A stretch of 64,000 nt of DNA, taken from Planctomycetota bacterium (GTDB taxonomy: Bacteria; Planctomycetota; MHYJ01; WSZJ01). Location of the stretch: contig WSZJ01000037.1 in the NCBI GenBank assembly GCA_009773755.1, forward strand, positions 11,903-75,902, read 5' to 3'. How positions within the stretch are numbered: the stretch's first letter is position 1; each line of letters starts with the position of its first letter. Shown piece after piece: positions 1-9,673 of this stretch. Under the pieces are notes generated by a model that was given only the letters and a program-made list of their open reading frames with translations, was not told the origin of the DNA and did no database searches. Both the position numbers and the translations under genes were made by a program.

Positions 1-10
1 GCGGGAGGGG

Positions 11-874
11 GTGACCGCGAAGTCTGAGGGCCGCATGACGACGGCGATCGCGAAGCTGAAGGAGGCGATCGGGCTGGAGGCGAGGGAGGAGTGGAAGAAA
101 GCGCTGGAAGAAACGCAGGCGTACGTGACGGACAGCGAGAAGTTTCTCGACGAGGCCTTGAAGCTGTACGAGAAAAAGGAGTGGCGGGAGACCCGCGAAA
201 AGCTCGAGTTGGCGCTCTCGTTGAACAAGGAATGCGCCGCCGCGGCGAAGCTGCTCCCCGAGGTGAAGGCGGCGGCGGTGCGCAGGGGGATGCTGGCGGT
301 CCCTGCGGCGACGGTCGTCGCCGCCGGCACGGAGTCGAAAGTGAAGGCGTTCTATATCGACCCGACCGAAGTCTCGGAGGCCCAGTACTGCACGTACCTT
401 CGCGCGGAAGGCCAGCCGGTGCCGATGCGCTGGCGCAACACCGGCAAGCCCGAGGGCGATGGCTCGCTTCCCATAATGGGGATCAGCGCGAAGGAAGCGG
501 CGTCGTACGCGGCGTGGGCGGGAAAGCGGCTTCCGACGGAATCGGAGTGGCTGGCCGCAGCCGGTGCCGGCGACGGCCGGGCCTATCCGTGGGGAGCGGA
601 TTGGGACGCCGCGAAGGCGAACGCGAAGTCGCCCGCGCCGTGGGCGTGCGGCTCGAATGCCGCAGGCGCGAGCCCCTGCGGCGCGCGGGACATGGCGGGA
701 AACGTCGCCGAATGGACCTCCACCACTGATAACGGCAAACGCGTCGCGAAAGGCGGCAGTTTCCTCTTCCCCGAATCTTCCTGCGCCCTCACGTGGCGCT
801 GGCTTGAAGACGACGATCTCGGATTTCCCGGGATCGGGTTTCGATGCGCGGCGGACGGCGATGAAGAAAAGTGA
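11..874 (+). CDS. FGE-sulfatase (SUMF1/EgtB-like) domain protein with TPR-like helices; probably 5'-truncated by window edge
   Basis: Motifs GKRLPTESEW, YPWG, DMAGNVAEW, RVAKGGSF, GFRCA; frame is open to the window start. Confidence 0.8.
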   Translation: MTAKSEGRMTTAIAKLKEAIGLEAREEWKKALEETQAYVTDSEKFLDEALKLYEKKEWRETREKLELALSLNKECAAAAKLLPEVKAAAVRRGMLAVPAATVVAAGTESKVKAFYIDPTEVSEAQYCTYLRAEGQPVPMRWRNTGKPEGDGSLPIMGISAKEAASYAAWAGKRLPTESEWLAAAGAGDGRAYPWGADWDAAKANAKSPAPWACGSNAAGASPCGARDMAGNVAEWTSTTDNGKRVAKGGSFLFPESSCALTWRWLEDDDLGFPGIGFRCAADGDEEK

Positions 875-1484
875 GCTTCCGGTAGCGACGCCGCCGCCGG
901 CCGCGGAAGCGGGCGGGGATGCGGACCTGATCCGTCGCGCGCAGCGCGGGGACGGCGACGCGTACGGGCAACTCGTCGTGAAGTACCAGGACCTCGTCTA
1001 CAACGCGGTCTTCCGGATGGTGAACCGGGAGGACCAGGCGGCGGACATCGCGCAGGAGGCGTTCGTGAAAGGGTGGCGCGCGCTGGGGAGCTTCGAGGGG
1101 CGCGCGCAATTCGGGACCTGGATTTACCGGATCGCCATCAACGCGTGCATCAGCGACCGGCGCGGGCTGAAGCGGCGAAAGGCAACGAGCCTGAACAGCG
1201 CGATGAGCGGAGGCGAGGACGGCGAAGGCGGGATGGATGTCGCGGACGACGCGCCGGAGCCTGTGGAGCAGCTGGTGGACAACGAAAAGGTGAGGCTGGT
1301 GCAGGAAGCGATCGGCGAGTTGGAGCACGAGTTCAGGACGATGATCGTGCTGAGGGACATGGAGGGGCGGCCGTACGAGGAGATCGCGGAGGTGCTGGAA
1401 GTGCCTGTCGGGACGGTGAGAAGCCGACTGCACAGGGCGAGGCAGGCTCTGAAGGACAAGTTGAAAACCAAGCTGGAGAAGTAG
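861..1484 (+). CDS. ECF-type RNA polymerase sigma-70 factor
   Basis: Region 2 (AADIAQEAFVKGW...FGTWIYRIAINA) and region 4 (YEEIAEVLEVPVGTVRSRLHRAR); ATG at 861 overlaps upstream gene end. Confidence 0.92.
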   Translation: MKKSELPVATPPPAAEAGGDADLIRRAQRGDGDAYGQLVVKYQDLVYNAVFRMVNREDQAADIAQEAFVKGWRALGSFEGRAQFGTWIYRIAINACISDRRGLKRRKATSLNSAMSGGEDGEGGMDVADDAPEPVEQLVDNEKVRLVQEAIGELEHEFRTMIVLRDMEGRPYEEIAEVLEVPVGTVRSRLHRARQALKDKLKTKLEK

Positions 1485-1566
1485 GTAGGAGGTAGTGGGT
1501 AGGAGGTAGGAACGGCCGGTCGCCGCTGGGCCGTTGGTCTTTTCTACTCACTACCCCGTACCTCCT
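1485..1566. repeat. Degenerate 7-mer repeat array (GGTAGGA-like) with inverted partner
   Basis: 20-mer GTAGGAGGTAGTGGGTAGGA at 1485-1504 recurs at 10948-10967; complementary CTACTCACTACCCCGTACCTCCT near 1544-1566. Confidence 0.6.
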
Positions 1567-1640
1567 GTCCCGGTGGTTCATTCAAAACCAAGAAAAAACA
1601 AAAATCGGAACTTTCCACGAACTCCTGTAGTCAAAGAACC

Positions 1641-3776
1641 ATGAGCACCCAGGACCCCGTCAGCAGCAAGGAAACACTCGTCCTCCCGGACGCGATGATC
1701 GGCCGCAAAGTCGGCGGTTACGAGATTCGCGGGATCCTGGGAAAAGGCGGGATGGGGGTCGTGTATCGGGCCCATGACGCGGCCCTTGACCGCGAAGTCG
1801 CGCTGAAACTGCTCCCGCCCGCGCTCAGCGCCGATGCTGAATACTCGGAGCGCTTCATCCGTGAAGCCCGAATGGCCGGCAAGCTCGACCATGCGCGAAT
1901 CGTGCCGGTCTACGCCGCCGGGTCGAGCGACCAGGGCGCCTGGATTGCGATGCAGCTCGTGCGCGGCCGGACGCTGGCTGAGGAGCTGCACGACGGAATG
2001 CGGCCGACATTTTCGAGCGTTCTGCGGATCGCGAAGCAGACCGCGGAGGCGCTCGGCGCCGCGCACAAGGCGGGGCTGATCCACCGCGACATCAAGCCCG
2101 GAAACCTGATCATCGACGCCGACGGGAACGTCAAGGTGCTGGACTTCGGCCTCGCGCGCCCGACGATTCCCTCCGGCCACACGCAGGACGGGACGTACCT
2201 CGGGACCCCCGAGTACTCCAGCCCGGAACAGTGCCAGACCAACGACATCGACGGCCGCGCGGACCTCTACTCGCTCGGCGTCGTGATGTACGAGATGCTC
2301 GGCGGGCGCATTCCGCACGTCGCCGAAACGCCCCTCGCGCTCTTCACCAAAATCGTCAACGACGAGCCGCTCGCCCTTCGCGACCTGAACCCGAAGGTTC
2401 CGCCCTCGCTCGCCGCGATCGTGGCGAAACTGATCGCAAAGAGCCGCGACTCGCGGTACGCGGACGCCGCGGCGCTTGTCGCCGACCTGGAGAAAGTCGT
2501 CGGCAAGGACGGCCCCGCGCGGCCGCACGAAACCGTCGTCGTGGGTCCCGCCGACCGCGCCCGCGTCGCCGCCTGGACCATGGCGGGCGTCCTGGCGACC
2601 CTTCTCGTCGCCGCCGTCATTCACTCCAGCCCCTGGAGCGGCGCGGCGATCGGCGCAGGGAACAACTCCGGCGCGGTCGCAACCAACGGAAGCGGCTCCG
2701 GCGTCCAGCCGGTTCCGCAAACGCCCACCGAGGCCGACGGCCGTATCGTTCTCCTCGACTTCAAAAACATCACCGGAAGCTCGGACCTCCGCTGGCTCGA
2801 ATCCGCGCTTCCTGAGCTCATCGCTTCCAGCCTTGCCACACGCGAGGGTCTCAATCCGCTGGATCGGGATGAAGTCACCGCGGCGATGAAGAAGGAATTC
2901 AACGCGCGCCTGACTTCGGGCGGCGGCGACAACGTGGAGCAGGCCCAGGCGCAGGGCGTCAAGGTGCTCGAGGCTCTGAAGGCCGGCGTGCTCGTGCGCG
3001 GGTCGTTCGTCACTCAGGGAAAGAAGCTCCGGGTGCTGACGACCGTGCTCGTGCGGCGCGGCGAAATGCTGGAAGTGGCGGGCCGGTCGCAGATCGACGA
3101 AGCGACCGAGAACATCCTCGAGATCGCCGACCGGATTGCGGGCGACATTGCGGGCGCGCTCGCGGCGCGGCGCGGGGACCGCGGTGAGCTCGAGAAGCGG
3201 CTCCAGGACAAGACCCAGGTAGGGCGTCTGAAGGCGGCCGATGCCTCGACAAGCGATAAACTCCTGGCACTGACAAAGGCGGGAAGTTCCCTCCGGCGCC
3301 GTGTCGAGAATTTCGAAAAGCAGCGGGGCGGCCGGAAGGAAGACAAGAAGAAGCACGGGGATTCCCCCGCCGAACGTCCCTCGGACGACGCGCGCGAACC
3401 CGCCGGGGCGGCCGGCGTTCCCGACGCGGCTCCGGCGGAAGGAGCGGGGTGGACTGGCGGCGCTCGCAAGGAACTGACGGACGAGGAGAAGCCCGAGAAG
3501 GGCCACGCGGACGGTGGCGAAGTGGCCGGCGACAAACCGAAGCCCGCGACACCGCCTCCTGCCGGGAAGGACGACTCAAAGGCGGAGCCGGAACGGCAAG
3601 CGCCGCAGGAGCCTGAGATCGGCCAGAATCAGGAAGAACACTTGCGCGAGGACCATTTCGGCGGCGCGAATGCCGAGGATTTGCTGCGCGAGCTTCGCAA
3701 ATACGCCGAAGAAATCCGTGAGAGCGAAAAGGACCTTGCGGAAGTAGAGCTGGGGGCCGAAGGGACCGCCAAATGA
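1641..3776 (+). CDS. Membrane Ser/Thr (Hanks) protein kinase with TolB-N/FlgO-like extracytoplasmic domain
   Basis: GKGGMGVV, VALK, HRDIKPGN, DFG, GTPEYSSPEQ, DLYSLG; hydrophobic TM segment; IVLLDFKNITGSSDLRWLESALPELI domain. Confidence 0.92.
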   Translation: MSTQDPVSSKETLVLPDAMIGRKVGGYEIRGILGKGGMGVVYRAHDAALDREVALKLLPPALSADAEYSERFIREARMAGKLDHARIVPVYAAGSSDQGAWIAMQLVRGRTLAEELHDGMRPTFSSVLRIAKQTAEALGAAHKAGLIHRDIKPGNLIIDADGNVKVLDFGLARPTIPSGHTQDGTYLGTPEYSSPEQCQTNDIDGRADLYSLGVVMYEMLGGRIPHVAETPLALFTKIVNDEPLALRDLNPKVPPSLAAIVAKLIAKSRDSRYADAAALVADLEKVVGKDGPARPHETVVVGPADRARVAAWTMAGVLATLLVAAVIHSSPWSGAAIGAGNNSGAVATNGSGSGVQPVPQTPTEADGRIVLLDFKNITGSSDLRWLESALPELIASSLATREGLNPLDRDEVTAAMKKEFNARLTSGGGDNVEQAQAQGVKVLEALKAGVLVRGSFVTQGKKLRVLTTVLVRRGEMLEVAGRSQIDEATENILEIADRIAGDIAGALAARRGDRGELEKRLQDKTQVGRLKAADASTSDKLLALTKAGSSLRRRVENFEKQRGGRKEDKKKHGDSPAERPSDDAREPAGAAGVPDAAPAEGAGWTGGARKELTDEEKPEKGHADGGEVAGDKPKPATPPPAGKDDSKAEPERQAPQEPEIGQNQEEHLREDHFGGANAEDLLRELRKYAEEIRESEKDLAEVELGAEGTAK

Positions 3777-5308
3777 ACTGCACAAACATCATCGAACGGC
3801 TGGGCGAGCACCTCGACCGGATGCTTCCGCACGCGGAAGCCGCCGAGTTCGATGCGCATCTCGCAACGTGTGGTTCGTGCCGCGCGGAGATGGACGATCT
3901 GCGCCGCACGCTGGATGCAGTCAAGGCCCTTCCCCGCGTCCGCGCCCCGCGCGGTTTCGCGGCGGGCGTCATGGCGGAAATCCGGACCGAGCCGGCGGCG
4001 GCCACTGCGGGGCCTGCCCGGGTCACCCCGATCCGGAGCGCCACGGTCTTCATGCGCCTCGCGGCGAGCATTGCGGCGGTCTGCCTCGTGTGGGTCGGCG
4101 TTCGCGCCTTGCAGGTCGACCAGGCCATCCCACCGGCCACCGGGGTTGCGGCGAAGAACGAGCCCCTGAAGCGGACCGGCGAAGTCGACGAGATTGCTCG
4201 ACTGAAGAAGGCCGGCGACGCGCGTGCTGCAGAAAACGCTTCCAAGACCCTGGACGCTTCGCTGGCCGCGGCGAAGGACGCGCCCGAAGGCCGGGGGTAC
4301 GCTCCGGTTGCCGATGGCATTTCGCCGCCCGCCCCTGCGGTACCTCAGGACGCAGGTGGCCTTCCGGACACGGCTGCGAGAAAAGGTGCGGCCGGCGACC
4401 TCGAAAAGGCCGGCTGGGCCGCTCAGCCTGAAGAGAAAGCGCAGGGTCTCGCCGTGCAGCGCATCACCGTTTACTCGAGCGACATCGCCGTGGACACGTC
4501 GCAGCTCAAGAAACTGCTCAGCGAGTCCGGGTACACCTATTCCACGCAGAAGAAGGCGATTCTCGTGCGGGTTCCGGCAAGCGAGGCCACCCGCCTCGTC
4601 GCGTCTCTGGGATCCATGCCCGGCGGATTCCGCGCCGCGGACCGGCAGTCCCTGGACGCACTGGAGCGCCTGAAGAAGACCGACCAGAAGGCTGGAAAGT
4701 CGGACAAGAATGGCCAGCCCGGGGGCGGCGAAGGAGGTCTGACCGCGGACGCCGACGACCTCAAGGAAGCGCTGCGGCAGCACATCGACGAATCCCGCCG
4801 CGAAATCCAGAAGCAGGAAGAAGGGAAGAAGTTGAACGAGAAGAAGGCACCGGCTTCGGACCCGAAAGTGACAGCGGGAGGGGGAGGCGGCCTCAGCGGC
4901 AAAAGCAAGAACGGCGCTTCAAAGGAAAAGGACAGTGCGGGCGCCAAGGCCGTAGACCCGGCTGAGGGCGCTGACGAGCACGATCACGAAGAAGCCATGG
5001 GCGCCTCTTCAGAGCCCGCGAAGGCTCCCGCAGGGCCGGTGATTGCGGGCGGAAACCGGCCGGAGGAAGCAGAAAAGAAGGAGCACGGCAAGGACGGCGG
5101 TCGCGGCGACGACACCTACAAGGATCCAGGCGAGCCGAAGCCCGAGGCCGGAGGCACTGACGACGTAGAAGGCCGGGTCCGGCGCGAGAAGGAACTGGGC
5201 GAAAAGCTGTCGGACGAACTGCGGAAGCTGGAATCGGAACGAAAACTGGCGGATGCCGAGGACGCGGTCGTCATCTACATCGAGTTCGAGGAGCCGGCGG
5301 CGAAGTAG
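3773..5308 (+). CDS. Zinc-finger (zf-HC2/ZAS) anti-sigma factor with TM helix and long low-complexity C-terminus
   Basis: MNC...HLATCGSC HxxxCxxC motif; TM LAASIAAVCLVWVGV; ATGA overlap with kinase. Confidence 0.85.
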   Translation: MNCTNIIERLGEHLDRMLPHAEAAEFDAHLATCGSCRAEMDDLRRTLDAVKALPRVRAPRGFAAGVMAEIRTEPAAATAGPARVTPIRSATVFMRLAASIAAVCLVWVGVRALQVDQAIPPATGVAAKNEPLKRTGEVDEIARLKKAGDARAAENASKTLDASLAAAKDAPEGRGYAPVADGISPPAPAVPQDAGGLPDTAARKGAAGDLEKAGWAAQPEEKAQGLAVQRITVYSSDIAVDTSQLKKLLSESGYTYSTQKKAILVRVPASEATRLVASLGSMPGGFRAADRQSLDALERLKKTDQKAGKSDKNGQPGGGEGGLTADADDLKEALRQHIDESRREIQKQEEGKKLNEKKAPASDPKVTAGGGGGLSGKSKNGASKEKDSAGAKAVDPAEGADEHDHEEAMGASSEPAKAPAGPVIAGGNRPEEAEKKEHGKDGGRGDDTYKDPGEPKPEAGGTDDVEGRVRREKELGEKLSDELRKLESERKLADAEDAVVIYIEFEEPAAK

Positions 5309-5327
5309 AAGTCAATTCAACGAACAG

Positions 5328-5359
5328 CCGGGACGACCATCGGTCGCCCCGGTTTTTTT
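5328..5359 (+). terminator. Rho-independent terminator
   Basis: CCGGGACGACC-ATC-GGTCGCCCCGG hairpin followed by T7. Confidence 0.75.
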
Positions 5360-5391
5360 ACGCCTGCCCGCCAGCCGGGTACCATCCACGG

Positions 5392-6138
5392 ATGCGGCGC
5401 GCATTCCCTCTCATCTTCGCGATCCTCGCCGGATGCGCTTCCGATCCGCCCCCTGAGCCGGCATGGGTTTCGGAGGCGGATCCAGGGCTGGTCGCGCTCG
5501 GCGGCACAACGCGAGTGGACATCGAGGTCGACTGGTTCGCCATGGTTCCCCCGGATGACGTGGCGCTCGAGGGCCTGGCGGTCGTCGCGAAACGCGAGTG
5601 CCCCGGAAAGGTCGTGACCATCCGGCGCGACACCGAAATCCCGGCCACCCGCTGGAAATCCTGCCGCGGGGACGCCATCGAAGTGGCGCTCGACGAGTGC
5701 CGCGGCCGGCAGGAAGCCGCCGACGGCGTCGCCTACGTCCATGTTCTCTACTGCCCCGTCAACCCCTGGGGAGAAGCGTACGCCTCAAACGGTCTCTGCC
5801 GCCGCCTGGAAAAGCCGTTCCCCCATTGGCAGATCTTCGTCTTCAAGGGAACGCTGAAGTCCCGCGCGATCCTCGGCCTGGGCGCCGACAAGATCGATCG
5901 CTCCTGCCTCGTCCACGAGTTCGGTCACGCCCTCGGCCTGGTCGCGAATCCCGAGCACCGCTTCGAAGACGGCGGCGGTCACTGCACGGACACGGGATGC
6001 GTCATGACCAAGCCCAAGCTCGCCGCCGTGCTGGCGAATGCCGCCATGGCCATCGCGACCGGCGAGATCCCGTGGGATTACTGCGTGAAGTGCTGCGCGG
6101 ATCTCGAGCGCGCGCGGGCCATGTACGGCCGTCGCTGA
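5392..6138 (+). CDS. Zinc metalloprotease lipoprotein (metzincin-like)
   Basis: Lipobox ILAGC; HEFGHALGL zinc motif; HCTDTGCVM Met-turn-like segment. Confidence 0.75.
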   Translation: MRRAFPLIFAILAGCASDPPPEPAWVSEADPGLVALGGTTRVDIEVDWFAMVPPDDVALEGLAVVAKRECPGKVVTIRRDTEIPATRWKSCRGDAIEVALDECRGRQEAADGVAYVHVLYCPVNPWGEAYASNGLCRRLEKPFPHWQIFVFKGTLKSRAILGLGADKIDRSCLVHEFGHALGLVANPEHRFEDGGGHCTDTGCVMTKPKLAAVLANAAMAIATGEIPWDYCVKCCADLERARAMYGRR

Positions 6139-6239
6139 AGCGATTCTTTGCCTGCTGAGCGTGACGTCCCTAGAATCCCGAGTCGCTCTATCGGGGCTTC
6201 CGGCTCCGGTTCACAGGGGGAATTGCCTAAGGGGTCGCC

Positions 6240-7256
6240 ATGGTCCCGCTTCGTCCACATTTTGCGGCCACTCTCATCGTGGCCGCCGCCATACTTTCCG
6301 GGTGCAAAACGCCCATGGCGACGCTTCAGGTGCGCCGCCCCCCCACCTTGGAGCTGCCGAGCGTGAAAGTGCTGGCCTTTGCCGACTTCGAGTCCGCGAC
6401 GAAAGGCGACGACGCAATCGCCCGCTACGTCCGCGATCAGTTCATCGCGGGCATTAATCGCGAAGGCGCGATTCAGGCGATGACTCTGGCGGAGGCGAAC
6501 GAAAGGTCCGCCGCTTCAGGCCTGAAAATCGAAGCGATCCTGCGCGGCCGGGTGTGGGCGGACTTCGTTCACATCCAGGGGCTGCGCGAGCCGGTAGTGA
6601 CCAGCGATGTGGTCTGGGAAACGACGGACAAGGGGGTCAAGTTCATTGCCGAGGCGCACGACAAGGTCGAGACGCAGACCTATGAGGTGGTCAAGGCGTT
6701 CGTGAGCATCCAGCTCAACCTCGTGCAGGTCTCCGGGGTCGAGTCGAAGACGATCGCCGCGCTCTCGGGCGGCCGCGGGTTCCGTCAGCGGATCGGCGGC
6801 GGCTCTTCGTCGAGCTACGACCTCTGGACCGGGCGGGCGGAGGCGGCGGCAGCCAAGGGGGAGCGGAACAAGGATGCGCTGCTGCGCCTCTCCGCGGACC
6901 GCGCCATCCGGGAGTTCGTGAAGGCGATCAGTCCGCACCAGGAGACAATCACCGCGGTGATCGCGAAGGGAGGCGACGGATCGGCCGCTTCGATGATCCG
7001 GTCCGGCCAGTACGATCAGGCGATTCAGCGGCTGGAGCCCGGTTTGAAAAGCGCGACAAAGGATCGTGCGCCGGACCTGTACAACCTGGGGTTGGCGTAT
7101 GAGGCGACGGGAGACACGGCGTTGCTGGAAGCGGCCGTGCATTTCTACCGGAAGGCACTGGAATTCGATCCTGAGAACGAGGACTACGCGGCAGGGCTGG
7201 GGCGGGTCGAACGGCTGATGCGCGGCAAGGCGAAGCTCGCGGAGGGTATCCGGTGA
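6240..7256 (+). CDS. Lipoprotein with C-terminal TPR (paralog 1)
   Basis: Lipobox LSGC; APDLYNLGLAYEA...YRKALEFDP TPR. Confidence 0.75.
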   Translation: MVPLRPHFAATLIVAAAILSGCKTPMATLQVRRPPTLELPSVKVLAFADFESATKGDDAIARYVRDQFIAGINREGAIQAMTLAEANERSAASGLKIEAILRGRVWADFVHIQGLREPVVTSDVVWETTDKGVKFIAEAHDKVETQTYEVVKAFVSIQLNLVQVSGVESKTIAALSGGRGFRQRIGGGSSSSYDLWTGRAEAAAAKGERNKDALLRLSADRAIREFVKAISPHQETITAVIAKGGDGSAASMIRSGQYDQAIQRLEPGLKSATKDRAPDLYNLGLAYEATGDTALLEAAVHFYRKALEFDPENEDYAAGLGRVERLMRGKAKLAEGIR

Positions 7257-8425
7257 AGAAACTCACGGTCCTGATTTCGGCCGCCCTGCTCTGCGGCTGC
7301 GCCGTCGACACCGTCAAGCTGCGCGTCACCGTCCCGGCTAAGACGCGCATCGTCGGCGTGCGAGGCGTGGCCGTCGGTGGGTTCAAAGCCGAAAATCTCG
7401 ACGCGTGGCAGGCGAACGCCGAGGGCGCGGGCTGGAACAGGCACCGGCTGCCGGGAAGCGACCTCCGCGCGATTTCCGACGGCGTGAAGAACGACCTGCT
7501 CGGCAAGCTCGCCGAGACGCCTTTCTACTCGGTCATGGACCTCGAGGGGCAGGAGAAGATCTTCGACATGGACGGGCTGGCCGGTCTCGTCGGCCAGCCG
7601 ACGTTCAAGCCGGGGACGGTGGATGCGCTGATCTTCGGCCGCTGCTGGGTCGGGTACCTAGAGGCCGACGGCGTGAAGCACGAAAAGGTCACCCTCGAGG
7701 ACTGGGACTACCGTGGCCCGGAGGCGCGCATCACGGCGTCGCGCGAAGAGCTTGTCGCCTCCGATTACAAAACCGCTTCGGCTGTCCTCGTCGTCCAGTA
7801 CACCGCGGTCCGTTTCAGGCCACGGCTTGAAATCCTCTTCGTCACCACTACTGTGCAGTCGCTTCGACAGGACGAGGGCGGAGGGATGGTGATTTCGAAG
7901 ACCCGTGGCGGCGCGTTTGGCATGGGGGGCGGGTTCGGCGGCGGCGGACGGGAAGGGAAGTCGGAATCGACCGGGTCGAAACCCGCCGGCGGCACCGTCC
8001 CGCTCGCGCTTGAGGTATTCAGCTACCTGTCGCACGAGGCCGCCAACGGATTCGTGGAGCAGATCAGCCCGACGACGACCGAAATCGAGATCGAGGTTGC
8101 CGACGGCGACAAGACCTCGGCCAACCTGATTCGCGCGGGGGCCTATCGCGAAGCGTCGAGGCTGCTCCGGCAGATCACGCAGAACCAGAAGCAGGGGACC
8201 CGGGCGTACAAGAAAACCGAAGACCGCGCGCCGGACTTGTACAACCTCGGGCTGGCCTGGGAGGCGCAGGGCCCCGCGTATTACGAGGACGCCATCATCG
8301 CGTACCGGAAGGCCGTGGAGTCCGATCCGGAGACGGTCTTCTTCGCTTCGGGCCTTGGGCGTATCGCGAGGCTTCTGGAGGGGACGAACCTGATCGAATT
8401 GCAGAAGGGAGCTCGCAATGAATAG
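7253..8425 (+). CDS. Lipoprotein with C-terminal TPR (paralog 2)
   Basis: Lipobox LCGC; APDLYNLGLAWEA...YRKAVESDP; GTGA overlap. Confidence 0.75.
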   Translation: MKKLTVLISAALLCGCAVDTVKLRVTVPAKTRIVGVRGVAVGGFKAENLDAWQANAEGAGWNRHRLPGSDLRAISDGVKNDLLGKLAETPFYSVMDLEGQEKIFDMDGLAGLVGQPTFKPGTVDALIFGRCWVGYLEADGVKHEKVTLEDWDYRGPEARITASREELVASDYKTASAVLVVQYTAVRFRPRLEILFVTTTVQSLRQDEGGGMVISKTRGGAFGMGGGFGGGGREGKSESTGSKPAGGTVPLALEVFSYLSHEAANGFVEQISPTTTEIEIEVADGDKTSANLIRAGAYREASRLLRQITQNQKQGTRAYKKTEDRAPDLYNLGLAWEAQGPAYYEDAIIAYRKAVESDPETVFFASGLGRIARLLEGTNLIELQKGARNE

Positions 8426-8489
8426 AGGCCCTTCGACTCGCTTCGCTCGCTCAGGCCGCCCTTCGCATTGCGAAGGGCGGGGGCCCGCA

Positions 8490-9584
8490 ATGAATAGAGG
8501 CCCATCGACTCGCTCCGCTCTTCGACGCGCTGGCCTTGGTCTGACGGCGGCTCTCCTGCTTGTCGCGCTCCTCTCGAGCTGCGCCGCGCAAAAGGCGATC
8601 ATGATCCCGATGCGCAAGCCGGCGAAGGTCGCCATCCCGGGCTCGATTCGCACGCTGATGTTTGAAAATGTGACCGAGAAGCGCGGCAGCGTCCCCGGCG
8701 GGTACAAGCAGGACTCCAGCGACAACGTGACGCTCGTGAAGGCCACGATGTCGGCCGAGTTCTGCGCTTCGAGCTACGCCGTTCTCAACGACGAGCTGCT
8801 CGAAATGGTGCGCAAGTCCGGGAAAATCCCGAACTACCTCTCCGGCGGTCCGACGGTCGCCGTTGACTTCATCAACCAGATGATTGGCGACCCCGGCTCG
8901 ATCGGCGTCGTGGAGATTGAAATCAGCAGCGCGTTCGGCGACGACTACACGGCGAAACCCCAGGAAATCTCCCTTACTACCGTTCACTACGACCAGAACG
9001 GCGTCGCCACTTCGCGCGTCGCGAAGCGTTCCATCTCCGTTCACCGGATCGACGTCTTCGGCGCCGTTTCAGGGGTCGTCCGGATCCGCTCGCCGTATCC
9101 CGACGGCAGGGTCGTCTTCGAGAAGTCCTACACCGTCCCGGACTTCCGCTACGCTTCCACCGAGTCGGCGCCGCGGAGTTTGTTTCTCTTCGGCCGCAGC
9201 GACGCCGCGAAGCAGGGGAACGGCGCGCCGACGCTGACGGAGGTCAAGGCGATCCAGTTCAAGCAGCTGGCGCGGATGTTCTATGAAGACATCAGCCCGA
9301 GCACGAGCGAGGTTCCAGGCGAGCTGGACCGCCGTGGCGACAAGATGGCGTACAACCTGCTTGCGGAAGGCGCACTGCCGTGGGCGGAAATTCGCCTGCG
9401 AAAGGTCGGCAAGGAAGGGAAGCCGGCGGAGCAGGCGGCGAACCTGTACAACCTCGGCGTCTGCTGGGAAGCGCAGGGGATGGCGTCGGAGGCGGTCGTG
9501 AAATACAAGGCGGCGCTGGACATGGAGCCGGGGAACAGGCAGTTCCGGAAAGCTCACGACAGGGCGAGCGCGAAAGGAAAGTAG
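8490..9584 (+). CDS. Lipoprotein with C-terminal TPR (paralog 3); alternative in-frame start at 8418
   Basis: Lipobox LSSC; NLYNLGVCWEA...YKAALDMEP; start region duplicated 72 bp apart. Confidence 0.7.
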   Translation: MNRGPSTRSALRRAGLGLTAALLLVALLSSCAAQKAIMIPMRKPAKVAIPGSIRTLMFENVTEKRGSVPGGYKQDSSDNVTLVKATMSAEFCASSYAVLNDELLEMVRKSGKIPNYLSGGPTVAVDFINQMIGDPGSIGVVEIEISSAFGDDYTAKPQEISLTTVHYDQNGVATSRVAKRSISVHRIDVFGAVSGVVRIRSPYPDGRVVFEKSYTVPDFRYASTESAPRSLFLFGRSDAAKQGNGAPTLTEVKAIQFKQLARMFYEDISPSTSEVPGELDRRGDKMAYNLLAEGALPWAEIRLRKVGKEGKPAEQAANLYNLGVCWEAQGMASEAVVKYKAALDMEPGNRQFRKAHDRASAKGK

Positions 9585-9673
9585 AAACCAACCGGCCGGG
9601 CACACGCCGGAAGCCGCTTCAGATGCGGCCTTCGAAAACCCGACCCAAACATTCAGGGGTGAAAGGAGACGAC

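Noticed and set aside
9585-9673. Structured leader or c-di-GMP riboswitch before the last lipoprotein gene
   Set aside because: Only short hairpins; consensus elements not matched
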